Positions 24,975 to 34,622 of a DNA stretch of 37,664 bases are shown one piece after another; positions within the stretch are counted from its first letter, which is position 1; each line of letters begins with the position of its first letter. The position numbers and the translations under genes were made by a program. Below the pieces are notes generated by a model, which was not told where the DNA came from, did no database searches, and was given only the letters and a program-made list of their open reading frames with translations. Where the stretch lies: NCBI RefSeq assembly GCF_004010195.1, contig NC_057755.1:12785683-12823346 (forward strand). The letters are read 5' to 3'. The stretch comes from Chiloscyllium plagiosum. Taxonomy: Eukaryota.

Positions 24975-26264
24975 ATAAAGATGAGACAGGATGAGATTAA
25001 TTCAATTATCCTTCGTCACTTGTCAGGTGATTTGCTGGTTGAAATGTTTTTCACAGACTAAGACATTAAAACAATTGCAGACATTGAAGGCATTAAAAAC
25101 TGAACAGAAGTCTGTGTTGCAAATTGAAAGCCCTTAGTGTCTGGCTTTAAAGAAGGATAAAGAAAATTATTGAACCCAGAATGTGGACAGGGGATTTCTC
25201 TTTTGTTTACAATTCACAGCCACCAGTATTCAAAAGCCAGGTGGCTTGGCAGCAATTACTAAAGTTGCTCTTGATAAAGTTAACCAGACCTAACAATTTG
25301 TGAAGCATTTGGTCCCATCACATATATTATCTCAGGGATTAGACTATGCACAATCCAATACAGATTTTGGAAAGCAACATGAAAAATGTAGAACCACAAT
25401 ATAGTCTTCTGGCCAAGAATACAGAAAAGCTGCACTGCCTAAGCAAAATGAAAATAAAAATATTTTACAAATATTGAGAGAAAATCAACTGACCCAGTAG
25501 TAAATTAAATTCTCATTTAAAAGACAGTTGAGACTTTCAGAACTCACACTGGATTTTAAATTTAAATGACCGCATGCAGCTAGTTGTTACGGACTAGGCC
25601 ATAGAATATTACCATCACGATATGAATAATTGCAAAATGTGTCACAAGAGGAAGAATGTTACAGTGTGTAATACATTTGTTCTTCAGTTGTTTACAATGG
25701 TGCAATTTGTTATATTTTGATATCAATAAGGGATAAAAATCATTATTGCTACGTTTTTTGGGGGAAATATCATGAATACTGGCCTTTACAAGACAGTTCT
25801 GTTTAAAACAGACTGAAAAGGAGATGGAGATGGAGTCCTGATAAGAACACCTTTGCTCCAAAATATGAACATGTGATCTGGTTGCCAAGAGGAAGAAACT
25901 CAAATAGAAATCTGAAAATTTCCTCCCAATGCTTTTATATCCTTCCTTAAATAAGCTGACTAATATTGTGCCTGATACTTCAGATGTGCTGTCATCAGTA
26001 CCCTCTATAACTGAAGATCAACTTCTTTACTTTTGTATTTAATTTCCTTTGCAATAAATGCTAACATCCGATTAGATTTACTCAATACTTGCATGCATGA
26101 GGACACCCAGATCTCTACAAACTCTCACCATCTACATAATATTATCATGTTATCTTTCCCGCCAAAATAGACAATTTTATATTTTCCCATATTATACTCC
26201 ATTGGCTGAATCTTTGCCCCTTCACTCAAAAAATCTCTATATCATTTACTTTTGTCTGTATAAA

Positions 26265-27436
26265 ATATAAGAACAAAAGAAATAAGCTCATTGAGCCTGC
26301 TCACTATTCAATAAGATCATGGCTCATCTGTTCTTGGACTCAGTTCCACTTATCCTCCCACTCACCATAACCCTTAATTCCTTTCCTGTTAAAAAATCTG
26401 TCTATCTTTGCTTTAAAAACATTCAACGAGGTAGCTTCATCTGCTTCATTAGGCAGAGAATTTCACAGATCCACAATCCTTTGGGAGAAGACGTCCCTCC
26501 TCAACTCAGTCCTAAATCTGCTATCCCTTATTTTGAGGCTATGCCCTAGTTCTAGTGGATACAACCTCTCTGCTTCTATCTTAACTATTCCTTTCACAAT
26601 CTTATATGTTTCTATTAGATCCCTCCTCATTCTTCTAAATTCCAATGAGTATAGTCCCAAATGTACTCAGTGGTTAGCACCACTGCCTCACAACACCTAG
26701 GTTTGATTCCAGCCTCAGGCAACTGTATGTGTGGAGTTTGTTCCGGTTTCCTCCCACGGTCCAAAGATGTGCAGGTTAGGCCAATTGGCCATGTTAAATT
26801 GCCCATAGCGTTTAGGGACATGGAGGCTAGGTGCATTAGTCAGGGGAAATGTAGTGAAATAGGGTAGGGGAATGGGTCTGGGTGGGATATTCTTCAGAGG
26901 GTCAGAGTGAACTTGGTGGGCCAAATGGGCTGTTTACACACTGTAGGTATTCTATGATTCTATGATAAGCCAACCCTCTCAATTCTGGAAGCAACCTAGT
27001 GAACCCTCCAGCGCCAGTACATCCAGGTTTGGCAATGAAGGACAATATTCCATTTGCTTTCTTAGTTACCTGATGCATCTGTAAACCAACTTTTTCTGAT
27101 TCATACATAAGGACACCCAGGTCCCTCTGCACAGCAGCTTACTGCAAGTTTTCACCATTTAGATGCCTCCAGCATCTGCAGTCTTCGCTTTGTCCCACCA
27201 TTTAGATATTTGTTAATTTTGCTGTTATTCCAACTAAAATAGATTACCTCACATTTACTAACATTGGATATGGATCCTGTAAGTGAAGACAGTTTTAGTA
27301 TGAAAGGGAAGAATGTGGCAGCGCAGGCTTGGAGGGCCGAAGGGCCTGTTCTTGTGCTGAGTTGTACTTTGTTCTTCGTACTCCACCTGCCAGAGCCTTG
27401 CCCACTCACTCAACCTAACCATATCCCCCTGCACAC
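26265..27436 (-). mobile_element. CR1 3' part, host of the provirus (continues at 35296-~35830)
   Basis: LYSLEFRRMRRDLIETYKI; QRDLGVLM; the RT segment (FTDDTKMS) resumes after the 3' LTR. Confidence 0.82.
26661..26965 (+). mobile_element. HE1-like V-SINE nested in CR1
   Basis: CTCAGTGGTTAGCAC head, V-domain, (ATTCTATG)n tail. Confidence 0.85.
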
Positions 27437-28116
27437 TATGGCAAATAAAGAACATGAAAGCATGGAAAGGGTTAAAGCATGAAGACCACTGGCAATCTGT
27501 GGTCTGTGGAAGGCAGGATGGGATAAGAATAGTGGAATGCTCTTACACCAATTAGCAGAGTAAGGTTAAGGCTGAAAGATCACTATGGCAAGATGAGATA
27601 ACACAAGAATCAAGCAGGTTAAATATTATTATGACAGGATTGTGACCATAAATATTTGGGACATGACATTAAAATATCTAATTAATAGTTAGCAGAGTCA
27701 GCTTGAGACAGGAGACTATTGTAATAGATGGAATAGCTAAATATCTATCATGACAGGTTAGTCTGGGATGGAAATTCACTGTTGCAGAGTTAGCAATAAA
27801 TATCTAACCATAACATTAGAATAATATTAAGTAGAATGTACAACTAAAGAGATAATGGGAACTACCATTACTGGTTTATTGTGTAGCTATAGTGAGGTAC
27901 TTTGGTAATATAGTTGGACATGCTAATAAGCTAACAGAAACATGATTAAAAAAATATAAAAATCCACGGACCCCTGGGGTTCATGGGCATTCGAGAATCT
28001 GCTTTCTCAGTGTCACGGTTTTTTGTTTACAAATAAAAGACCTACTTCTTGAAGATCTCTCTGCGTCTCCTAGTGATTCTCTATATTTTCTCCATCTCTA
28101 TATTTTCTCCACAACA
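27437..28116 (+). repeat. 5' LTR
   Basis: Direct repeat of 34623-35295, roughly 95% identical by eye. Ends ...CAACA just before the PBS; TATAAA 27955-27960; AATAAA 28032-28037. Confidence 0.95.
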
Positions 28117-28120
28117 AATT

Positions 28121-28138
28121 TGGCGCTGCGAGCAGGGT
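28121..28138 (+). promoter_or_regulatory. Primer binding site, tRNA-Ser type
   Basis: TGGCGCTGCGAGCAGGGT, 4 nt after the 5' LTR. Near-perfect complement of the 3' end of vertebrate tRNA-Ser(UGA/CGA), recalled as ...ACCCTGCTCGC(T/A)GCGCCA. Confidence 0.8.
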
Positions 28139-28475
28139 CGTGCAGAGACCCACCTGGATAGAGGGCAGCAGTAACAGAGCGCTTCTTGGTCCACCGGGGG
28201 CATTCCCGAGACTGACAGAATAAGGGTACTTAACAAAAAAAGGTTAGCATTTTTGATGAATTCGGACTACATTTTGTTGGCTTGGAGTGGTCGTTGGGGA
28301 CTTGGAGGTGCGGGAACCTGCCGGAGGGGCTCTTCGATCCAATATCCAAAGGCAAGAGGTAAATTGCTGCTGAAGGAGACGTGGAGAATTGGTCAAGAAA
28401 ACTGCGCAGTGGGGTAGGGGGTGAGTAAGAATAAAACGTAGCAATTGTCTGAGTAAAAAGTCCACGGTGGTGTAT

Positions 28476-28674
28476 ATAAGACCCTATAGATAGATTTGGC
28501 AGAATAAAGAAGGGGCAATTGTTTTGTAAACCCTATAGAAAGACAGGGCAGAATAAAGTAGGGGCAATTGTTTTGTAAACCCTATAGAAAGACAGGGCAG
28601 AATAAAGAAGGGGCAATTGTTTTGTAAGACCCTATAGATAGATAGGGCAGAATAAATATGGGGAAATTGTTTTA
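28476..28674 (+). repeat. Four-copy 49-50 bp tandem repeat in the ERV leader
   Basis: Units ACCCTATAGA(A/T)AGA..GGCAGAATAAA..GGGGCAATTGTTTTGTAA starting at 28481, 28530, 28579 and 28629. Confidence 0.9.
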
Positions 28675-29389
28675 CTGGAAGCACTGGTAGACCTGTTTAG
28701 AACACCGGCAGATTGGTAGTGGATGATTAAAAGTAAAATTGCAGAGAATAGTCATAGTGTTATAATGTTACTAGACTGTTAAATGTTTTAGATAAGGCCT
28801 GTAGGATAATAGGACTTTTGGAAATGAACAAAGGGTCTGTTTAAGTAAGGCTCTGGCTGACAGAGATTGATTTACAGCCATGTTCTTGGCTGTTAGCAGC
28901 AAGGGTGTGTGTGTGTGATAGAGAGAGAGAGAGAGAGCAGCTGTAGCTTGCAGAAATTCTGTGTGTGTGTGAGAGGGAGTTTATAGTTTAATCATTGTGA
29001 TCTGATTTGTATGTATAATTGTTTATTGGTGGTTAAATGTTTGTGTTTTGTTTCCCTGGAGCTCAAGATCCAGGAGTATTTTGATTTTATTTTACACTGT
29101 TAGAATTTAAGATTTTTTTTGAGAGAGAAATTTCTTAAGAAACTGTTAGTGATTGGTGCATTTTGAAGGTGAAGTGTTAGATTGGTTTAGGCTGAATGAA
29201 TGAGAATAGGTTGTTTGTATTAACTAACTGCAATTGAGGACATTTAGGATTGATAGAAGGGACAATTGCAAGTTATAAAGTTAGGGATTGCTTATATGAC
29301 TGACAAAGCCCTACCAGACTTGAATGGTATGAGGAAGTGATTTATGACAGCAAAGATAATACATTAGCTGGACTGAAATATATGTTAGA

Positions 29390-31427
29390 ATGGATAAACG
29401 GACTGCAGTTGAGAAACTGAGTAAGAAATTTCCAGTGGCAAGAAATGATATTGTAAAAATTTCTGAGAAATGGGAAAAGGGAACTAAGGATTTATTGACT
29501 AAAAGGCCAAAAGAAGGTATCTTTGATATACATATGTGCAATGAGATGGAAGGACTAATTAAGAACTATAAGCCGAAAGATAAATCTAAAAATAGAAACC
29601 AAAAAAGAGGATCTGGAGATGGAAATACTGAAACTTTTCGGGAAAGAGGGTGAGGAACTGAAGGTAGCTTGTCAGGCACCTGTGGTGACTAGGAAAGCTG
29701 CAAAAGAACAAGCTGAGCAGTTTCAGGAAACAGAAAAGCAGTAATCAGCCCCCCCGCCTCACCCAGATGTGGAGGAGTTGAATAGACCTCCTCCCTACTC
29801 AAATGAAGAGGCAGCGAAGCAGTGTCCAGTAATAAAGGGAACATTAGAAATAGAAGAACAGTTAGAATAGGATGGAAGTGCGGAAGACAAAAATGAACTG
29901 AGGGAAAGAAGAGAAAGAAAGAAAAGGGACAAGCAGGAGCAAATAAAAGCCATACAATGAGAGCAGGAAAAGCTGAAATATGAGATTAGTGTGCTGCATG
30001 GGCTAAGGAAACAAAAAGCAATTGAGGAATACTCAATGCGATACAAAAGAAGGGCTAAAGAGAAAAGCAGTGAAAGTGATGCAGAGCAAGCAGAAAGGGA
30101 TGATGAGAGACAAGGAAAGAAAAAGACCCCAGTACCTAAAGAATGGGAGGAATTAGAAATAGCATCGGACTCAGAGCCTGAGGAGGATTTATTGAGAAGT
30201 AGTGTCGGTCAATGGAAAAAGGGCTAACAGGGAAGGATGCTACCGCTCCTTATAAAAGAGGGGAGAAACCCACAATGCATTCCTTGGGGAACTCAGGATC
30301 TGGAAGGGCTGAAGAATGCGCTGCCCTGTTTACATGAAGGAGCAGGAAAGTGGATCAGGGCTTTTGAAGATGAAACCACAGGGCAATTGCTGGCTATAGG
30401 AGACTTGAAGGCACTGCTGGTGAAGTTGGTAGGGCTCCCGAAGTTAAAGGAAATAATGATCTGAGCCCGTTTGAAAAATGCGGCAGACAATCCAATGATC
30501 GATGGGGTCGGGTTTGATCGAGTGAGACACAATGTATGGCAGGCCTTAAGAGACTGTTATCCAGCCAAAATGGACCCCCAGGCTCTGAGAGGGGATCCAC
30601 TGGGAGAAAGTGAAAACCTGGCTGCATACTTGGAGAAACAGTTAAAGAAGTGGAGACTGGAAACAGAGCAAGACATAGAGACTAATCAGTTGCTGACCAC
30701 AATGTTCCAAAATTCCACCATTGAGGCATTGCCTTCCCAAGTCAGGTCAAGACTGGAGGAGGTGGTGGATCTGACATCATTAATGAGCCTAGAAATGTGT
30801 TGCTGGAAAAGCACAGCAGGTCAGGCAGCATCAAAGGAACAGGGCATAAGCCCTTCTTCATCAATGAGCCACCAAGAATTTAGAGATCATGTAGCTCATA
30901 CAGTTGAAAGGTTTCGAAAAGACAAAAAGAAACTGTCTGAACAGCAAGAGGAGGTGCAAAGGAAGCTGGCGCAAATGCAGCTCGAAGAGCTTAAAAAGAA
31001 AGGCTAAAAAGGTGTTGCCAACAAGAACTGACACAGTAATGAATACTGGCGTGAACCAAGTACCAGCGCAAGGGGGGTCCTATCAGGTAGCCAGACAGGG
31101 GCCAGAAAGTCCTATGCCAGCAATGGAGGTTTTTAGAGAAGCTTTCCCGCAGGTGACGTATCCGGGGCAGGGCAGATTTAAACAACAGCATAAACAAAAC
31201 GGGGGTCCCCAAGGACAGGGATGTAGGAATGGGGCACATCTAAGGTACATGATAAATAATCAGGCACAAAGGGGGCCAGAAATGATGTGCTGGGGATGCC
31301 ACCAACCAGGCCACTTTCGGAGAAATTGCCCTTATTGGATCGGGCCCTCTCTGCCCTACAGCGGGAATCCCCAGTGGCCACTTCCCAGACACCTACGGGC
31401 CCAGCAGGACCGTATGGGATGTGTTAG
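29390..31427 (+). pseudogene. gag: ERV gag (stops and frameshifts)
   Basis: MA-like start (W...PKEGIFD); late domains SAPPPHP (29745-) and PPPY (29787-29798); CA-like PWGTQDLEGLKNALP...GAGKWI; single CCHC knuckle CWGCHQPGHFRRNC (31288-31329); probable TAG-GGA-TGC read-through stop at 31425-31427. Confidence 0.85.
30790..30862 (-). mobile_element. Short Penelope-terminus fragment inserted in gag
   Basis: Matches the GTGTTGCTGGAAAAGCACAGCAGGTCAGGCAGCATC...GGGCATAAGCCCTTCTTCA repeat seen at 18161-18290. TSD AATGAGCC at 30782-30789 and 30863-30870. Confidence 0.8.
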
Positions 31428-31810
31428 GGATGCCCTGAGAACCTGGGTGGGAAGGGGCACTTGTAGTAGCATGGGAGGCTGATCAAGAACCAGTAATACA
31501 AATGAATATAGAAGGGCGGCAGACACCAGTGATGATAGATCTGGAGCTACATAAACTTGTGTAGAACTGCGGTATGCCTCTCACCTTCCCATGTCAAGTA
31601 AATTTGTTAAAATTGTAGGGTTCTCAGGGAAGTCAGTTAACTCGATTTACAGCTCCAGTAAGATTAGAAATGGAAGGTAGGGAGATACTTCTGCCAATAT
31701 TAGTGCCTAAAGAGATGCCAATTAACTTTTTAGGTAGGGATGCTTTACTACAGTTAGAGGTAAGATTGGAGTGCATACAGCAGGCCTTGGTCATAGAAAA
31801 GGCCAATACA
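31428..31810 (+). pseudogene. pro: ERV aspartic protease (frameshifted)
   Basis: EPVIQMNIEGRQTPVMID(T)GAT*TC with a 1-nt deletion in DTG, then IVGFSG and PINFLGRDAL (31718-31747). Confidence 0.85.
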
Positions 31811-31816
31811 CAATGA

Positions 31817-32380
31817 GTGATGCAAGAGGTTAAAGATGTTAATGTTTATTGGATAGGGGATATAGCAAGTAATATTCAAGACATTTGGGAGATGTGGGAA
31901 GCAGAAGTGTTGACGATGTTGTCTAAAGCAAGACCACCTAAGTCTGAGCTCCACTGTACAGTGATATTTGAGTCTCAGGATGAGGTGTTAAAGAGGCAGT
32001 GGCAGCGGGAAGTCACTACTCTATAACATTTGAGAAGTGAAGTGGAGCAGGGAGTGATCCTGCAAATAGAGAGAAATGCATTCCTGGAAAAGTGGTATAG
32101 TGTATCAGGCACCGCACCACATGTAACTTTACTAGTAATAAGGGGTATCAATCTAGGATCTATGGCCAGGCATGTAGAAACAGTGAGGGAATGGCATATC
32201 CTCACAACAGGGGCTTGGGAATCTGGGGATGGCAGCTATATTAAAATCCTAGCATGCTGCAACTTGACAAGGAATCCAAAGGAAGTCAAGGTAACACCCC
32301 AGCAAAGCATGCCAGTGACAGTGCAGGAAGATGATCAATATGGTAATGAGCAATTGGATGCATTACTAGCCGCTTTGTGA
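31817..32380 (+). pseudogene. Putative 2H phosphoesterase domain between pro and RT in ERV pol
   Basis: Two in-frame H-x-T-hydrophobic motifs, LHCTV (His at 31952) and PHVTL (His at 32120), separated by one stop codon at 32024-32026. Followed by the RT-entry remnant *SQHDTDLG...VEIRLKPG. Confidence 0.68.
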
Positions 32381-32451
32381 TCGCAGCATGATACAGATCT
32401 GGGGAGAGGGAAATCAGCTAGACAGGTGGAAATAAGGTTGAAACCAGGAAC

Positions 32452-33757
32452 TGGGACAGTAGTGAAATTTCTGACAAATTAAGGTATCCCAAGGTTTGGT
32501 ATACCGTTGGAGATCAGCTTAGACAATGGGTCTGTCTTCATTCAGAAAGTAGTTAAGTTGGTGCTGCAGTCTTTGGGAATCAAACAGAGGTTTGGGTGCG
32601 TGTATCATCCCCACTCACAGGGTATGGTGGAAAGGATCAATGGGACATTGAAAACCAAATTAAACACCAACCTTAGATTAGATTACTTACAGTGTGGAAA
32701 CAGGCCCTTCGGCCCAACAAGTCCACACCGCCCCGCCGAAGCGCAACCCACCCAGACCCATTCCCCCTACATTTACCCCTTCACCTAACACTACGGGCAA
32801 TTTAGCATGGCCAATTCACCTAACCTGCACATTTTTGGACTGTGGGAGAAAACTGGAGCACCCAGAGGAAACCCACACAGACAAGGGGAGAATGTGCAAA
32901 CTCCACACAGTCTGTCACCTGAGGCGGGAATTGAACCCGGGTCTCTGGTACTGTGAGGCAGCAGTGCTAACCACTGTGCCACCGTGCTACCCACCTTAAT
33001 TGGGTTGATGCACTGCCGCTGGCGCTAATGAGTTATCGCATGCAGACTAATCTCATGACCAATCTAACACCGCATGAGATGCTCACAGGTAGACCTATGC
33101 CAGTGCCCAGGTAGAGAGGCCCATACAAAGGGCCTAGCTTGGAGCAGTTAAGCTTAGAACTTAAGCAATATATGCAGCAGCTAACTATGATACATGAGAC
33201 TATCCACCTGCAGGAAACACAAAGGGAACCAACACCTGTCAATGAGGAAGGACCTATTAAACCCGGGGATTGGGTGTACGTGCGGGTTTTTCAAAGACGC
33301 TGGAATGTCAAGTAAATTTGTTAAAATTGTAGGGTTCTCAGGGAAATCAGTTAACTCGATTTACAGCTCCAGTAAGATTAGAAATGGAAGGTAGGGAGAT
33401 ACTTCTGCCAATATTAGTGCCTAAAGAGATGCCAATGAGCCGAGGAGAGAGTGACCTTTCGTAGTGACTAAGGCATGACCTACCACCATCCAAGTGGAAG
33501 GACAACACATATGGTACCACTTTAATCATTGTACTAAAGCTCTCCCACCAGCACAACTAACTGGGGTAAGTGGAGCTGAGGCCGAGGAACTTGGACACGG
33601 GCAGGCTACACAGGAGGCTAGTACCCCTCAACAGGGTTCCGAACAAGGTACAGGTGAAGTTCTTGGGGATACTGATCATTCCAGAAATGATTGTGATGGA
33701 GATGTGGAGCATAGTTCTCCTGGCAACAGGGATGGGGAAGACATGGGGTTGCCCTGA
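32452..33757 (+). pseudogene. pol: ERV integrase core and C-terminus (N-terminus deleted; interrupted by a SINE and a pro duplication)
   Basis: IPRFGIPLEISLDNGSVF...HPHSQGMVERINGTLKTKL; after the [18 protein letters not shown]...[22 protein letters not shown](G)PF GPY/F module; WYHFNHC. Confidence 0.9.
32676..32992 (-). mobile_element. HE1-like tRNA-derived V-SINE inserted in ERV integrase
   Basis: A/B-box head GGTGGCACAGTGGTTAGC...GGGTTCAATTCC, V-domain GGAGTTTGCACATTCTCC, CR1-like tail with (TCTAA)n. TSD ACCTTA at 32670-32675 and 32993-32998. Confidence 0.92.
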
Positions 33758-34541
33758 TACCCCCCTCTCTGATGCCCTACCTGCATACTCAGACTTGGAG
33801 ACCAGTAACTTGGCAGACCTGGACTGGTAATACCAGGGTCATTCAGGCTGGGAGGCAAAGACATATTAGAAGTGCAGACCTTGCTGCCCTAACATGGGTA
33901 CATGCCCATGACAATCACTGGTATCAATGGGCAAACTATACGGCTGTAATGATGACTAGACAGGACTGTTTCTTGTGTACTAACGCAACCCCCTCATACT
34001 ATGTTGTCCCCATGTCTTATAAGTCGACCATTGCATTGCCTGTTTTAGTGCCTTCTACTTCAGACCTCTACATTCTATCAGCAGGATGACGTGGGCAGGC
34101 AGTAACTCCAATGGTGGTGTGGCTATAGTACCCAATGGTCCACCAATAAGACTAATTACACGTTCCCTGTGGCTACTTTCAGGATACGGGAAGGGTTGAG
34201 TTTTGAATGCTTTAAGCGAAATGGCTCCACACCAGCAGAAATGGCTATTTTAAGGGTCTTTGCGGGAATACAATTGAATTAGAGGTGGACACCACATTTG
34301 GGGCTGTTTTAAATTCTCAATGTATCCCACTGGCAGATACGTGGTGGCTGTGTGATAAGAAAGGAGGGCTGCACCCAACGCTGCTGCTGACTGGAGTGGT
34401 AACTGTGCCGGTGTAATGCTCCTACACGAGGTAGTTATATTGCCAGACACGCAGCTTGATGCTACATCACAGTCAGCTTTGCGCCAAACTAAGCGGTGGT
34501 ATGTCCCTGCTCCGACAATTCGGATTGATAGCATAGGATAG
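33570..34541 (+). pseudogene. env: ERV env remnant (leader, SU, start of TM only)
   Basis: Hydrophobic leader FLGILII...WSIVLLA; NHWYQWANYTA...DCFLC (CxxC at 33967-33978); DTWWLC...DWSGNCA; cleavage-like RQTKR (34482-34496); IDSIG fusion-peptide start, then stop and PPT. Confidence 0.75.
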
Positions 34542-34611
34542 CTATGTTGTATTGGGCACAAGAGGGGCTGAGCTTATTGTCTTCTTTCTCTAGGTGAGAC
34601 CAGTAGGTCTC

Positions 34612-34622
34612 AAAGGGGGAAA
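34612..34622 (+). promoter_or_regulatory. Polypurine tract
   Basis: AAAGGGGGAAA directly abutting the 3' LTR. Confidence 0.88.

Noticed and set aside
25580..25903. ORF with hydrophobic 'ILPLVTHFAIIHIVMVIFYG' resembling a TM5 exon
   Set aside because: Lies between exons 1 and 2 (wrong order) and lacks the tachykinin TM5 motif and the AKRK end.
28476..28674. Regular repeats as a CRISPR array
   Set aside because: Head-to-tail tandem units without unique spacers, vertebrate context, no cas genes.
28905..28975. (GT)n/(GA)n tracts in the ERV leader
   Set aside because: Short ordinary microsatellites.
32940..32992. tRNA-like A/B boxes (also near 2072, 10322, 23861, 26661) as tRNA genes
   Set aside because: They are SINE heads followed by the V-domain and a LINE-derived tail.
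33570..34541. Domesticated (syncytin-like) env or gag
   Set aside because: Multiple stops and frameshifts and no TM domain; no intact long ORF.
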